Below are positions 29,607 to 38,730 of a stretch of 64,000 nucleotides of DNA, piece after piece. Origin of the DNA: Gammaproteobacteria bacterium (GTDB taxonomy: Bacteria; Pseudomonadota; Gammaproteobacteria; Eutrophobiales; Eutrophobiaceae); assembly GCA_965202915.1 (NCBI GenBank), contig OZ241847.1, forward strand, positions 181,565-245,564. The letters run 5' to 3'. Position 1 is the first letter of the stretch; the number at the start of each line of letters is the position of its first letter. Position numbers and translations under genes: made by a program. The notes below the pieces were generated by a model, which worked only from the letters and a program-made list of their open reading frames with translations, did not search any database and was not told the DNA's origin.

Positions 29607-31967
29607 TTAAAAGCGTAGCCGTAGCCCGATATATGCGCTGATCGGTGCGCCGGGGCCGAGGAAGCGAGAATCGTCAAAGTCCCGACCATCCTCACCAAAG
29701 CCGGGGAGCTCATCGGGCTCACCGAACAGGCCAAAGGTTTCATAGTCGGTGTCGAATAGATTCCGGATGCTGGCCATTACGGTAAGGTTGGGGTTGATCT
29801 TATAGCTGCCGTGCAGGTTGACGATGGCATAGCCGTCTATGGTGTCCGATTGGTTGGATTCATCCCCCCTGACTACCTGGTTCGAGTTATAGATCATATT
29901 GGCGCCTATTGAAAGGCGTTCATTGAACGTATAATCGGCGCCCAGTTTAAGCGAGTGTTGCGGTATTCCGGGGATGCGGTCGCCCGCCTCCACCTGAATT
30001 GTATTGTTCTCGGCATCGGAATCGGCATCGTCATCGTCATCGTCATTGATGGGATGGTTAGCGCTGAAGCTCTCGAACGCAGTGTCGAAAGTGGCGTCGA
30101 CAAAACTGTAGTTCAGATACCAGTCGAGCCGATCGCGGAATACGCCTTTGAGTCCGAGTTCGGCACCGACGCGCAGGGTGTCCCCGACGTTTGTGAAAAA
30201 GCCTTCATTTGAGGCCAAGCCACCGGTGGTGCCAAAGAGGATATCGTCTTCGTTGGTGCCGTGGAAACCGCCGACGTGGTAGCTGATGCCGTTGTCCAGG
30301 CGGCCTCTGAAACCGCCTTCAAAGCTTTTGTTGACGACTTGTTGCAACGGCGGGTCGGCCAGGAATGCGTTGGGCAGGCTGCAGGGAGCGTCCGGATCGG
30401 CGCATAGTAATTCAATCGGAGTGGGCGCACGCGCTGATTCACCATAGCCGCCATAGGCACCGATATTCTGGTTGATCTTATAGGTGAAGCCGATTGCCGG
30501 ATTGACGCGGTCGAAGTCATGGTCGCCATTTAGGTCAGAATTTTCCTCCGCCAGAGGATCGAACGCACCGCGGTCAGTGAGGACGATATGGGAATTGTTG
30601 TATCTTGCCGAGGCGGTGATCGCCAATTGCTCATTGACGGAGAAGGTATTGCTGGCATAGATCGACCAGATGCGATTGCGGGCTTTGATATTGACTCCGC
30701 TTTCGGGGACAAACAGGCCGCGGCCCATGGTGGAGCGGTCGTCTAACAGTGACGCGACTTCAACCCTCGAGAAAAAGTCGATCAGGCCCTGTTGGTAACC
30801 GGCGCCCAGAGAGAATTGATTGGCGCGACCGGCCAGATCATGGGTGGCGGTGATTTGGATATCGCCGCCAAATCCCTGCTGTTCGCGCCGGCTGGTGTTG
30901 TTGATCGCCTCTCTACCAGTAGGACTCACTGGGATAGACATTCCTGTCTGGTCTGTTATGGACACAGACTCATCTTCTTCGCATAGCTCGCCGGCGGTGC
31001 CACCCGCTTCTTCGTCGCATTCTTCAAATTCACTGCCGTCGCCGTTAAAACTGTCGGTTTGATTGTCGCGGTAAAACGTGTTGGCGCTGAGTTGCAGTCG
31101 GTCGTTGAGCCAATGCGTGGCCTGCGCGGAAACCATGATCAATTCATTTTCAGTTTGGTCCGGGGAGGTGAATATCTGGTTGCGGCCGCGTGCCAGCAAT
31201 TCCACTGGGGCCGGACCGTTGCCGATTAAATCGGTGTTGGCATGATTGATATTGATATCCACGGCCGTTGCCTCAGCCTCGTAACTTAATGCCCCAAAAA
31301 AATTCAGTGCGTCGGACGGTGAGGCGTCGCGCCAGCCGTCTTCATCAAAGTAATTGCCGGTAAAGTAATAGCCCCAGGTTCCGTTGTTGGCGCCGCTTTC
31401 CAAGGTGGTTAAGACCCGTTCATAGGAACCGCCCTGGATTTCCAGGCTGTGCCCCGGATGGGTGAAGCCGGTTTTGGTGGTGATTGCCAGGGCGCCGCCA
31501 AGGGCGTTCAGGCCAAACACCGGATTGGCGCCGCCCATCAAATTGACGCCGGCAATCGAGGACTCCGGGATCAGGTCCCAGTTGATCGAATCCCCGAACG
31601 GTTCATTGATACGGACGCCGTTTTGGTAGGCGGCCAATCCCTGGGGCAGGCCGAGCAGCGGCGACAGGGTGTAGCCGCGATACTGCACGTCCGACTGCAG
31701 GGGATTATTCTGAGCGTTGTTGATGGTCACGCTGCCCAGGTTGCGATTGAGGAAATCGGTCAGATCAAAGCTCTGGGCCCGTTCCAGGTCTTCATCGGTG
31801 GCACTCTGGACGTTGAACGGGATCAGTTCTTTCGGCAGGCCGATCCCCTTGGTCGGCGTGACCCCGATCACCTTGATCACCTCATCTTCTTGTCCATGCC
31901 CGTGCATGGATACCAGCAATAATGCCAGTAACACCGCAATGTATTTTTTGTTATACCAGTCTGACAC
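29607..31967 (-). CDS. TonB-dependent outer-membrane receptor
   Basis: 786 aa. Signal peptide, then a plug domain (VIGVTP...DLTDFLNRNLGSVTI...VQYRGY). The barrel ends in the terminal aromatic residue ...IGLRLRF. Confidence 0.93.
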   Translation of the reverse strand: MSDWYNKKYIAVLLALLLVSMHGHGQEDEVIKVIGVTPTKGIGLPKELIPFNVQSATDEDLERAQSFDLTDFLNRNLGSVTINNAQNNPLQSDVQYRGYTLSPLLGLPQGLAAYQNGVRINEPFGDSINWDLIPESSIAGVNLMGGANPVFGLNALGGALAITTKTGFTHPGHSLEIQGGSYERVLTTLESGANNGTWGYYFTGNYFDEDGWRDASPSDALNFFGALSYEAEATAVDININHANTDLIGNGPAPVELLARGRNQIFTSPDQTENELIMVSAQATHWLNDRLQLSANTFYRDNQTDSFNGDGSEFEECDEEAGGTAGELCEEDESVSITDQTGMSIPVSPTGREAINNTSRREQQGFGGDIQITATHDLAGRANQFSLGAGYQQGLIDFFSRVEVASLLDDRSTMGRGLFVPESGVNIKARNRIWSIYASNTFSVNEQLAITASARYNNSHIVLTDRGAFDPLAEENSDLNGDHDFDRVNPAIGFTYKINQNIGAYGGYGESARAPTPIELLCADPDAPCSLPNAFLADPPLQQVVNKSFEGGFRGRLDNGISYHVGGFHGTNEDDILFGTTGGLASNEGFFTNVGDTLRVGAELGLKGVFRDRLDWYLNYSFVDATFDTAFESFSANHPINDDDDDDADSDAENNTIQVEAGDRIPGIPQHSLKLGADYTFNERLSIGANMIYNSNQVVRGDESNQSDTIDGYAIVNLHGSYKINPNLTVMASIRNLFDTDYETFGLFGEPDELPGFGEDGRDFDDSRFLGPGAPISAYIGLRLRF

Positions 31968-32089
31968 CTCTTTTTCCCCCTTTTACTGTGGCGAATGATT
32001 AAGCGGGACGAATTATAGTCTATTAGCTCGTGTAAGGGTAGTTTTAACGCCCGCGCTCGGCGGCACCGGTTCCGGGGTGGGGGTTGGCA

Positions 32090-32803
32090 CTATATATAGT
32101 GCTCCAGCAGGTCGCGCTCTTCGGTGGATAATTTTGGGTTTTGTAATCTGTTTTTGATCAATTCCTGAGATATGTCGTGGTTTTCAATCAGATTCTTTTT
32201 TTCCTCCGGGGACAGGGTGTCCATGAAAAACAGATTATTGGCCGGGTAGTGACCGGCCTCGATGACCGCGTTGGCCTCGTTTGCCAATAGGCGGAATTTG
32301 CCAATGTCTTTGCTCAGCCGTTCATTGGCCAGGGTTTTGTCGGCAATGTCGGAGTGGTAAACGGCATGGATCTCCATGCGATAGCTGATGATATGGGCGG
32401 GGTCGTTGGTTTTGTCAATATCGGCTTCGATGTGTTCCAGCCGGGGCAACAGTAATTTGCGAATACCGTCCAGCACTTCCCGGTCTTTATGGCGTGCGGA
32501 ATAGATATCGATTACGTTGTCTATGGAAAGTTGTTTATAGTTATCGGTGGTGAATAATTCATTTTGCCGGTAGCTCAGTAATTTATGGTTTCTGAAGCCC
32601 AGTTGGGCATGGACGTCGGAGAGGTCGCGGATAAATTTGTTGAAGCCCAGGGCACAGACCAGCTGAGTGTGATTCAGCCCCAGTTGGGCGGCAATTTTAT
32701 CCAGCCTTTTGATCAGATCTGTTTCGTCGCCGGGATCAGTCTTGTACATGATCCTGACCAGATCGTCATCGCCTGCAGTAAGCAATTGTTTGAAATCAAC
32801 CAT
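32090..32803 (-). CDS. Hypothetical cytoplasmic protein (237 aa), no recognisable family
   Basis: Long uninterrupted ORF with no TM helix or signal peptide and a helical, acidic composition. It is flanked by 120-190 nt non-coding gaps. Confidence 0.55.
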   Translation of the reverse strand: MVDFKQLLTAGDDDLVRIMYKTDPGDETDLIKRLDKIAAQLGLNHTQLVCALGFNKFIRDLSDVHAQLGFRNHKLLSYRQNELFTTDNYKQLSIDNVIDIYSARHKDREVLDGIRKLLLPRLEHIEADIDKTNDPAHIISYRMEIHAVYHSDIADKTLANERLSKDIGKFRLLANEANAVIEAGHYPANNLFFMDTLSPEEKKNLIENHDISQELIKNRLQNPKLSTEERDLLEHYI

Positions 32804-32996
32804 GCGCTGTCAACGTCCCGTTAATGAGGTTGAAATAATTTGGCCCCGTTTACGTCATTGTAATTTTAGTACAAAAAAAGTGCGATCCTGCAATTATATT
32901 GCGCTTGTGTTTATTCGCAGGTGCCCGATTCCCGATTTTGTCGGCGGCACCGGCGATTGCCGGGGCGATTTTTTGAGTGTGACCCTCCGCACGTCG

Positions 32997-33854
32997 CTAC
33001 GCCATTGATTTTGCCAGGGTGAAGATCTCCTCTGCGTCAAATACGCCGTCATTGGCGGCGAACAGCCTGGCTATGCAGGCCCGGTGCAGGGACAGTTTCA
33101 GCACCCCAAATCCAATCGCCCCCCAGACGGTTTTGCCATTATATTGCTTGCCTTTATCGCTCATGTCGGTGCCGCCGATACCAATCGGGGGGGTGGCGTT
33201 GGCGTCCGCGATCATTTCAATATGGGCGTTATTCCGCCAATGTTCCGGTTTGAGTAATTCGACCCCGGCGGCGCCGGTGGCAAAGACGATGCGGGCGTCT
33301 GCGATGGCGTCGCCTCTGGCGTCATTGTCGAATGCAACCATAGGCGTCAGGTGCACGCCAAAACCCTTAGTCATCATTTGACAGGCATTTTCGGCGCGCT
33401 CGGCGGTGCGCGAGGTCAGGGTCACCTGCGCCCCTTCTTTGGCCAGCATAACCGCAACCCGCTGTCCGACCGGGCCGGTGCCGGCCAGCACGACGGCCTT
33501 TTTACCGGCCACCGTGCCACTGCTCAGCAATTTTGCAACCCCGGCGGCGGCGGTGGTATTGCTGCCGTTGCTGTCCAGCATCACCGATACTCGGAAATCG
33601 TAAAAGAATTTTTCCCGCACCGCGTTGAACAATGCCTCACCGGCGGCCATATTGCCGCCGCCAATAAAGATGGCGGTAAATTTTTTCTCTTTGGGGGCGC
33701 GGGTAAAGATCGCGCCTTCAACCAGGGGCGTGACGTTATCCGGGGTCACGCCTCCATGGCTAATGACCCGGTCCGCGCCGCCATCGTAAGCCACCACGGT
33801 ATCGAATACCGATGGGTGGGCGTCGGTGTCAAATTGCAGTAAAAGTTTTTTCAT
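32997..33854 (-). CDS. mtdA: NADP-dependent methylene-H4MPT/methylene-H4F dehydrogenase
   Basis: 285 aa. The N-terminus KKLLLQFDTDAHPSVFDTVVAYDGGADRVISHGGVTPDNV and the C-terminus LHRACIARLFAANDGVFDAEEIFTLAKSMA are nearly colinear with the Methylobacterium MtdA sequence as I remember it. Confidence 0.85.
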   Translation of the reverse strand: MKKLLLQFDTDAHPSVFDTVVAYDGGADRVISHGGVTPDNVTPLVEGAIFTRAPKEKKFTAIFIGGGNMAAGEALFNAVREKFFYDFRVSVMLDSNGSNTTAAAGVAKLLSSGTVAGKKAVVLAGTGPVGQRVAVMLAKEGAQVTLTSRTAERAENACQMMTKGFGVHLTPMVAFDNDARGDAIADARIVFATGAAGVELLKPEHWRNNAHIEMIADANATPPIGIGGTDMSDKGKQYNGKTVWGAIGFGVLKLSLHRACIARLFAANDGVFDAEEIFTLAKSMA

Positions 33855-34115
33855 TGTGGCTTCTCCCCATTTATAGCTGTTTCAAATTGCCTTGATCTTG
33901 CCGTGCCGGCAGCGCGCAGTTGGGTCTATTATATCGGCTATGCGCTTCGATGGTATAAGTTATGCGGGTCCGGCCGATCTGTTGCCGGCTAAATCCATAA
34001 TGGCAGCGATAAAATTTGCAGCAGGGTCGTGCCGGTGGTGATTAACGGTCATGCGGAATTTGAATCTGTTATATAATCACCGCCGGGTTGGCGGATATTA
34101 TTAAGGAGCGATTGA

Positions 34116-34739
34116 ATGATTAAAGATATGTCGATACAACAGTTTCTGGATCAGCTGGCGGGCAAGGTGGCGACCCCGGGGGGGGGCGCGGCGGCGGCGA
34201 TTTGCGGGGCGACCGGTGCCGCGCTGGTCAGCATGGTGGCCAATTTTACCATAGCCAAAAAGGGTTATGAGGACGTGGATGAAGAGGCCAGGGCAATGTT
34301 GGAGCAGTCCGAGGCATTGCGAACCCGGTTGACCGATGCCATTCAAGATGATTTGCAGGTATTTGATCGAGTCATGTCCGCGTATGGTTTGCCGAAGGCC
34401 AGTGATGAGCAAAAGACCGCCAGGACCGAGGCGATACAGGCGGCGTTAAAACAAGCGACTGATATACCACTGGCATGTGCACGCCTGTGCCGCGAAGTGG
34501 TGAATCTCAGTCTGGCCGCCGCGGAAAAAGGCAATCGTAACGTGATCAGCGACGCCGGCGTCGCGGTATTGGCCGGATACGCCGGCTTGAGAAGCGCGGC
34601 CTTGAACGTCTATATCAATACTGCCGGCATCAAAGACCGGCAATTTGCCGATGATCGTTGCCGCCAGTTGGAGGCGCTGCTGGAGGGTACCGAAGGCTTG
34701 AAGGAACGCATTTACCAAACGGTAAAGGACAGGCTATGA
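34116..34739 (+). CDS. fch: Methenyl-tetrahydrofolate cyclohydrolase (cyclodeaminase/cyclohydrolase family)
   Basis: 207 aa. The FLDQLAGKVATPGGGAAAAICGATGAALVSMV N-terminus is the family signature. It is divergent from mtdA. Confidence 0.85.
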   Translation: MIKDMSIQQFLDQLAGKVATPGGGAAAAICGATGAALVSMVANFTIAKKGYEDVDEEARAMLEQSEALRTRLTDAIQDDLQVFDRVMSAYGLPKASDEQKTARTEAIQAALKQATDIPLACARLCREVVNLSLAAAEKGNRNVISDAGVAVLAGYAGLRSAALNVYINTAGIKDRQFADDRCRQLEALLEGTEGLKERIYQTVKDRL

Positions 34740-35630
34740 GCGGTGTTCGGCGGTGTCGATCCGCATTGAGAAATCGATGGCGTGCATGTGTTTGGTCAGG
34801 CTGCCGATGGAGACCGAATCAACCCCGGTTGCGACGATTGTGGTGAGATTATCTTTATCTATGTTACCGGAGGCCTCGAGTTTGGCCCGCCCCCGGTTGA
34901 TCGCGACCGCCTGTTTTAATTGATCGACGCTGAAGTTATCGAGCAATATGCCGTCCGCACCCGCTGACAGCGCTTGTTCCAATTCCTCCAGGGTTTCGAC
35001 CTCGACGTGAACCGGTGGCCCCTGTTTTTTGGCCGCCGCGACCGCGTTGGACAATCCGCGTTGCGCCAGTATATGGTTTTCCTTTATCAAAAAGCCGTCA
35101 TAAAGGCCGATCCGTTGGTGATCGCCGCCGCCGCAGATCACCGCGTATTTCTGGGCCAGTCTCAGGCCCGGAATGGTTTTGCGGGTATCGAGCAGGCGCG
35201 CCTGGGTGCCGGCGATGATTTTGGCGTATTCAGCAACGGTGGTGGCGGTGCCGGACAGGGTTTGCAGAAAATTGATCGCGGTGCGTTCTCCGCTCAGTAA
35301 GGGCCGGATCGGGCCTTGCAGTTTGCACAGGATTTGATCGGCGTCAATCACGCGGGCGTCGTCGCTGAACCATTCCACGGTAATGCCTGGGTCAAGGCAA
35401 TGAAATACTTCGTTAAACCAGTCACAACCGCATAAAACCGCCTGTTCGCGTGCGATTAATGTAGCCGTGACCAGCGCCTCCCTCGGCACCAAGGCGGTGG
35501 TAATATCGCCCTGGCCCAGGTCTTCATCCAGTGCCGCCCGCACCGCCGATTTGATCGCCTGCGGTGGTATTTTACTGCGGAATCGCTTGTGCATGGGCCT
35601 GGGTATGGGCCTGGGCCTGGAATGATTCAT
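34734..35630 (-). CDS. nadC: Nicotinate-nucleotide pyrophosphorylase (carboxylating)
   Basis: Contains LDEDLGQGDITT, ERTAINFLQ, DTRKT PGLR, GGGxxHR, LLDNF and the C-terminal ASGNI...GVDSVSIGSLT. The real start may be the ATG at 35594. Confidence 0.92.
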   Translation of the reverse strand: MNHSRPRPIPRPMHKRFRSKIPPQAIKSAVRAALDEDLGQGDITTALVPREALVTATLIAREQAVLCGCDWFNEVFHCLDPGITVEWFSDDARVIDADQILCKLQGPIRPLLSGERTAINFLQTLSGTATTVAEYAKIIAGTQARLLDTRKTIPGLRLAQKYAVICGGGDHQRIGLYDGFLIKENHILAQRGLSNAVAAAKKQGPPVHVEVETLEELEQALSAGADGILLDNFSVDQLKQAVAINRGRAKLEASGNIDKDNLTTIVATGVDSVSIGSLTKHMHAIDFSMRIDTAEHRS

Positions 35631-35635
35631 TGCCG

Positions 35636-36166
35636 CTATTGGCGCAGTGTGAGCTGATCGCCACGCTGGGTTAACTCCAGTTTTTTTAAGAAATTCATGC
35701 CCATCAGGACGTCGTCCTGATACATGGCCGGGTTGATATTGGCCCTGACCTTTTTTTGGATGATGCCGCCTATCTGCACGCTATCGAGCACGGTGGCGAA
35801 GACATCGACGTTGCCGTTGGCGGTGGTCACCGGGTAGCGCCTGCCCCTGCGCAGGTTTAATTTTTTGGCGACGTGGCCGGGGATGCTGATATAGGTGGCG
35901 CCGGTATCCAGGAGTACGCTCACTTCACGGCCATTGATCCGTGCCGGTGCAACGTAGTGGCCGGCCCGGTTGCGTTGTAATGTAACGGTTTTGTCGCGGA
36001 CGTTGACGCCGGCGTTGAGGGCCTGGTTGGGGTTGTGCTGTGCGTCCAGATAGCGGTCAAATAAGAATGCCATGAGTCCCAGCAACAGCAACCAGGCACC
36101 TATGATCATGCCTTTGCCGATTTTTGCTTGATAGGGATCAGGTCGCATCGACGGGGGACGCCTCAA
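35636..36166 (-). CDS. Membrane-anchored retropepsin-like (clan AA) aspartic protease
   Basis: N-terminal TM helix, then the LLDTGAT active-site motif and C-terminal GMNFLKKL. This resembles the TIGR02281-type bacterial retropepsins. Confidence 0.8.
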   Translation of the reverse strand: MRRPPSMRPDPYQAKIGKGMIIGAWLLLLGLMAFLFDRYLDAQHNPNQALNAGVNVRDKTVTLQRNRAGHYVAPARINGREVSVLLDTGATYISIPGHVAKKLNLRRGRRYPVTTANGNVDVFATVLDSVQIGGIIQKKVRANINPAMYQDDVLMGMNFLKKLELTQRGDQLTLRQ

Positions 36167-37287
36167 TCAAACACCAGGCGCACGCCGGCAAATTGATGGC
36201 GTTTGTCCGGTTGGTAGTAATTCCTGAAACTGGGCCTTTTTATCGGCGCCTGGGTAAGATAACTGCCGCCCTTGAGTATGTAATGATTGTCATCGAAATA
36301 CGGTTGTGAATAACCGGCGTAAGGGAAAGGTTTGAAGCCTTGATACGGGGAGAACGCATTGGCACACCATTCCCAGACTTTGCCCACGGCCTGCAACAGG
36401 TTTTTTTTACAGGCCAGTTCCCATTCATATTCGTGTGGCAGGCGCGCCTGGGCCCAGTTGGCATAGGCCTCGGCCTCATAGTAACTGATGCCGCACACCG
36501 GGTCCGTCGGCCCGGGCGTGCCGCCGGCATTCAGCCTGAGCCAGTAGTGGGGCTGTCGGATTTGATGGGTTTGGCGCCATTGCCAGCCTTGCCTGCTCCA
36601 GTAACGTCTGTTTTCATAGGCCCGTTCATCGACAAATTGCTGATATTCGCCATTGCTGACCGGATGCAATCCGATCCTGTAGCTTCCAAGCCGCACCTGA
36701 TGCGGCGGATATTCATTATCATAGGGGTGGTGGTGATGAGTGGCGCCAATCCGGTAGGCGCCGCCTGCAACCCGGCATGAATCCTTTGACAAGGGCAGTG
36801 GCTTGATCGGTTTGGGGACGCCGGTGTCCTGCCTGGCCGCATCCAGAGATTGGTAGGCCAGGACTATGTTGATGGTTTCAAAATGCTGGCAATAATGTTG
36901 AATCAAAAAATGAATGAGAAAATCATTGCGCATTAATTTATTATCCGGCGGATACTTTAGCGCCTGTTTGAGCGAAATTAAATTACGCCGCTGACAGTCC
37001 GCGGCCCAGGTAACCGTGCTGTGCTTGGTCGGCAGCCGTTCGCCTCTGGCGTGTTTTTTTGTCCGGGTGGGCTGGTATAATTGCGATAACTTATCGTCGG
37101 TTTTGCCAAGCCTGAGCAGTTTTTCCCGTATCCAGTAATTTTCGGTAAAGATGCAGTGCCCAAGATGCCAGCCTATCGGACTCAGATCGGGATGCAGTTG
37201 GCGCCTGAATAATTGCTCCGTTTGTTGGTCGACCGCGTCCAGCACCAGTCGTTGATAATGTTGCAGCTCGTCCAGCAGGGTATTCAT
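36163..37287 (-). CDS. EgtB-like sulfoxide synthase (DinB_2 N-domain plus FGE-sulfatase/SUMF1 C-domain)
   Basis: The DinB-type segment PIGWHLGHCIFTENYWI is followed by an FGE-type domain (VWEWC..., GGSYLT..., RPSFRNYYQPDKRHQFAGVRLV). It has 4-nt overlaps with both neighbours. Confidence 0.78.
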   Translation of the reverse strand: MNTLLDELQHYQRLVLDAVDQQTEQLFRRQLHPDLSPIGWHLGHCIFTENYWIREKLLRLGKTDDKLSQLYQPTRTKKHARGERLPTKHSTVTWAADCQRRNLISLKQALKYPPDNKLMRNDFLIHFLIQHYCQHFETINIVLAYQSLDAARQDTGVPKPIKPLPLSKDSCRVAGGAYRIGATHHHHPYDNEYPPHQVRLGSYRIGLHPVSNGEYQQFVDERAYENRRYWSRQGWQWRQTHQIRQPHYWLRLNAGGTPGPTDPVCGISYYEAEAYANWAQARLPHEYEWELACKKNLLQAVGKVWEWCANAFSPYQGFKPFPYAGYSQPYFDDNHYILKGGSYLTQAPIKRPSFRNYYQPDKRHQFAGVRLVFD

Positions 37288-38057
37288 AGGGTAAACAGGG
37301 TCCGGCTTCCGTCCGGGCTGAGCTCCATAATGGCACGTTCGGCGAGCTTGTGCCAGCCTGGCGATTCATCGAATCTTTCGGAGGCGGCGAGGGCGGCGTT
37401 CGGATAGGCCGGGTGATTATGAGTGTAATAGAGCGTCGGGCAATCAACGTTGATCGCATGTCGGCACAGATAAAGGCGCCGGTCGGCGTAGAGTATGATA
37501 CTGAGCATGGCCTCGATATCGGGGTCGAGAGATTCCAGCACTGCCATGGTCTGTTTGATCGCCTCCGGCAGGGTCTCGACCTGCGCGTGGATATGGCGTA
37601 TCAATGCAAAGATATATTCAGAATCGGTGTTGCCGTCGATTTCGGTGCGCCGCTGAGCATTCAAGTGACCGAGTAATTGCTGTTTTATTCCGGAGGAAAA
37701 TGGTTTTAGGTAGCCATTATGCAGATAGACCAGTTGGTCGGCGATAAACGGCTGGGTGTTGGCTATGCTCACCCCCTGGTTGCGGGTCGCGCTGCGGACG
37801 TTGGCCAGCCACATCCGGCTTTTCAGGCAGGCGCCCAACGCCGGCAGATTATTATCCGCCCATATCGGTAAAATGGATTTATAGGAGTGCATGGCATCGT
37901 CCTCGCCACTCCAGCAAAACCCAAAGCCATCGGCACTGACCACCGCTTCCCGCATCTCTTTGGCCGCCCATGACTGCTTTAACAGACTGTGTTCGGGGGA
38001 TAAAAGAAATTGTTCCAGGTTGATTTCTGAGCCAATATAGGCGGCTAAACGACACAT
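37284..38057 (-). CDS. EgtC-like class II (Ntn) glutamine amidotransferase/amidohydrolase
   Basis: Starts MCRLAAYIGS, giving a Cys2 nucleophile. NADGFGF-like ADGFGFCW and HNGYL motifs are present. Confidence 0.78.
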   Translation of the reverse strand: MCRLAAYIGSEINLEQFLLSPEHSLLKQSWAAKEMREAVVSADGFGFCWSGEDDAMHSYKSILPIWADNNLPALGACLKSRMWLANVRSATRNQGVSIANTQPFIADQLVYLHNGYLKPFSSGIKQQLLGHLNAQRRTEIDGNTDSEYIFALIRHIHAQVETLPEAIKQTMAVLESLDPDIEAMLSIILYADRRLYLCRHAINVDCPTLYYTHNHPAYPNAALAASERFDESPGWHKLAERAIMELSPDGSRTLFTL

Positions 38058-38133
38058 GCTGATTTATCGATTATTATCGGTGTTGGTTTTAACGGGTAAA
38101 TCATAACTTAATACAATATCATTGCTTAGGTTG

Positions 38134-38691
38134 ATGCCACAACTTGATAACAATTATGAATGGTTACCGGACGCCAGGAAAATAGTCTCACCAAATTATG
38201 ATGAGCGCTCCGGGCGGGGTGATATAGACACCCTGGTGATCCATGGGATCAGCCTGCCGCCGGCGGAATATGGCGGCGGCCATATCGACCGCTTGTTCAC
38301 CAATTCACTCGCTGCGGACGAACACCCGTATTTCCAGGGGCTGGCTGGTTTGAAGGTATCGGCACATATTCTAATCGACAGGCGTGGTGCAATCACCCAA
38401 TACGTCGCGTTCACCAAGCGCGCCTGGCACGCCGGACCGTCAGAATTTCAGGGCAGGAGCGGGTGCAATGATTTTTCCATAGGGATTGAATTGGAGGGCG
38501 TGGATCACCGGCCTTATGAAAGAGCGCAATATTTGACGCTGGCGCTGGTGACTGATTATCTGGTCCGTTGCTGGCCGGCGATCAAGAAAGACAGGATCGT
38601 CGGCCATTCCGATATAGCACCGGGGAGAAAGACCGATCCCGGCCCGGCATTTGATTGGCGCTATTACTTTTCCCGATGCGCAGTGCTGTAA
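38134..38691 (+). CDS. ampD: 1,6-anhydro-N-acetylmuramyl-L-alanine amidase
   Basis: Contains SPNYDER, LVIHGISLPP, SAHILIDRRG, AWHAG, IGIELEG and GHSDIAPGRKTDPG motifs. Confidence 0.9.
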   Translation: MPQLDNNYEWLPDARKIVSPNYDERSGRGDIDTLVIHGISLPPAEYGGGHIDRLFTNSLAADEHPYFQGLAGLKVSAHILIDRRGAITQYVAFTKRAWHAGPSEFQGRSGCNDFSIGIELEGVDHRPYERAQYLTLALVTDYLVRCWPAIKKDRIVGHSDIAPGRKTDPGPAFDWRYYFSRCAVL

Positions 38692-38730
38692 AGTGCAGGG
38701 TGCCGTAACGGCCATGACCGCGGCATTTAA

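Noticed and set aside
31968-32089. A Fur box or cobalamin riboswitch in the leader of the TonB-dependent receptor.
   Set aside because: Only a weak AT-rich half-site (TTAATCATTCGCC) and a CGCCACAG segment are present. The 120-nt leader is too short and lacks the conserved B12-element cores. This is not supportable by eye.
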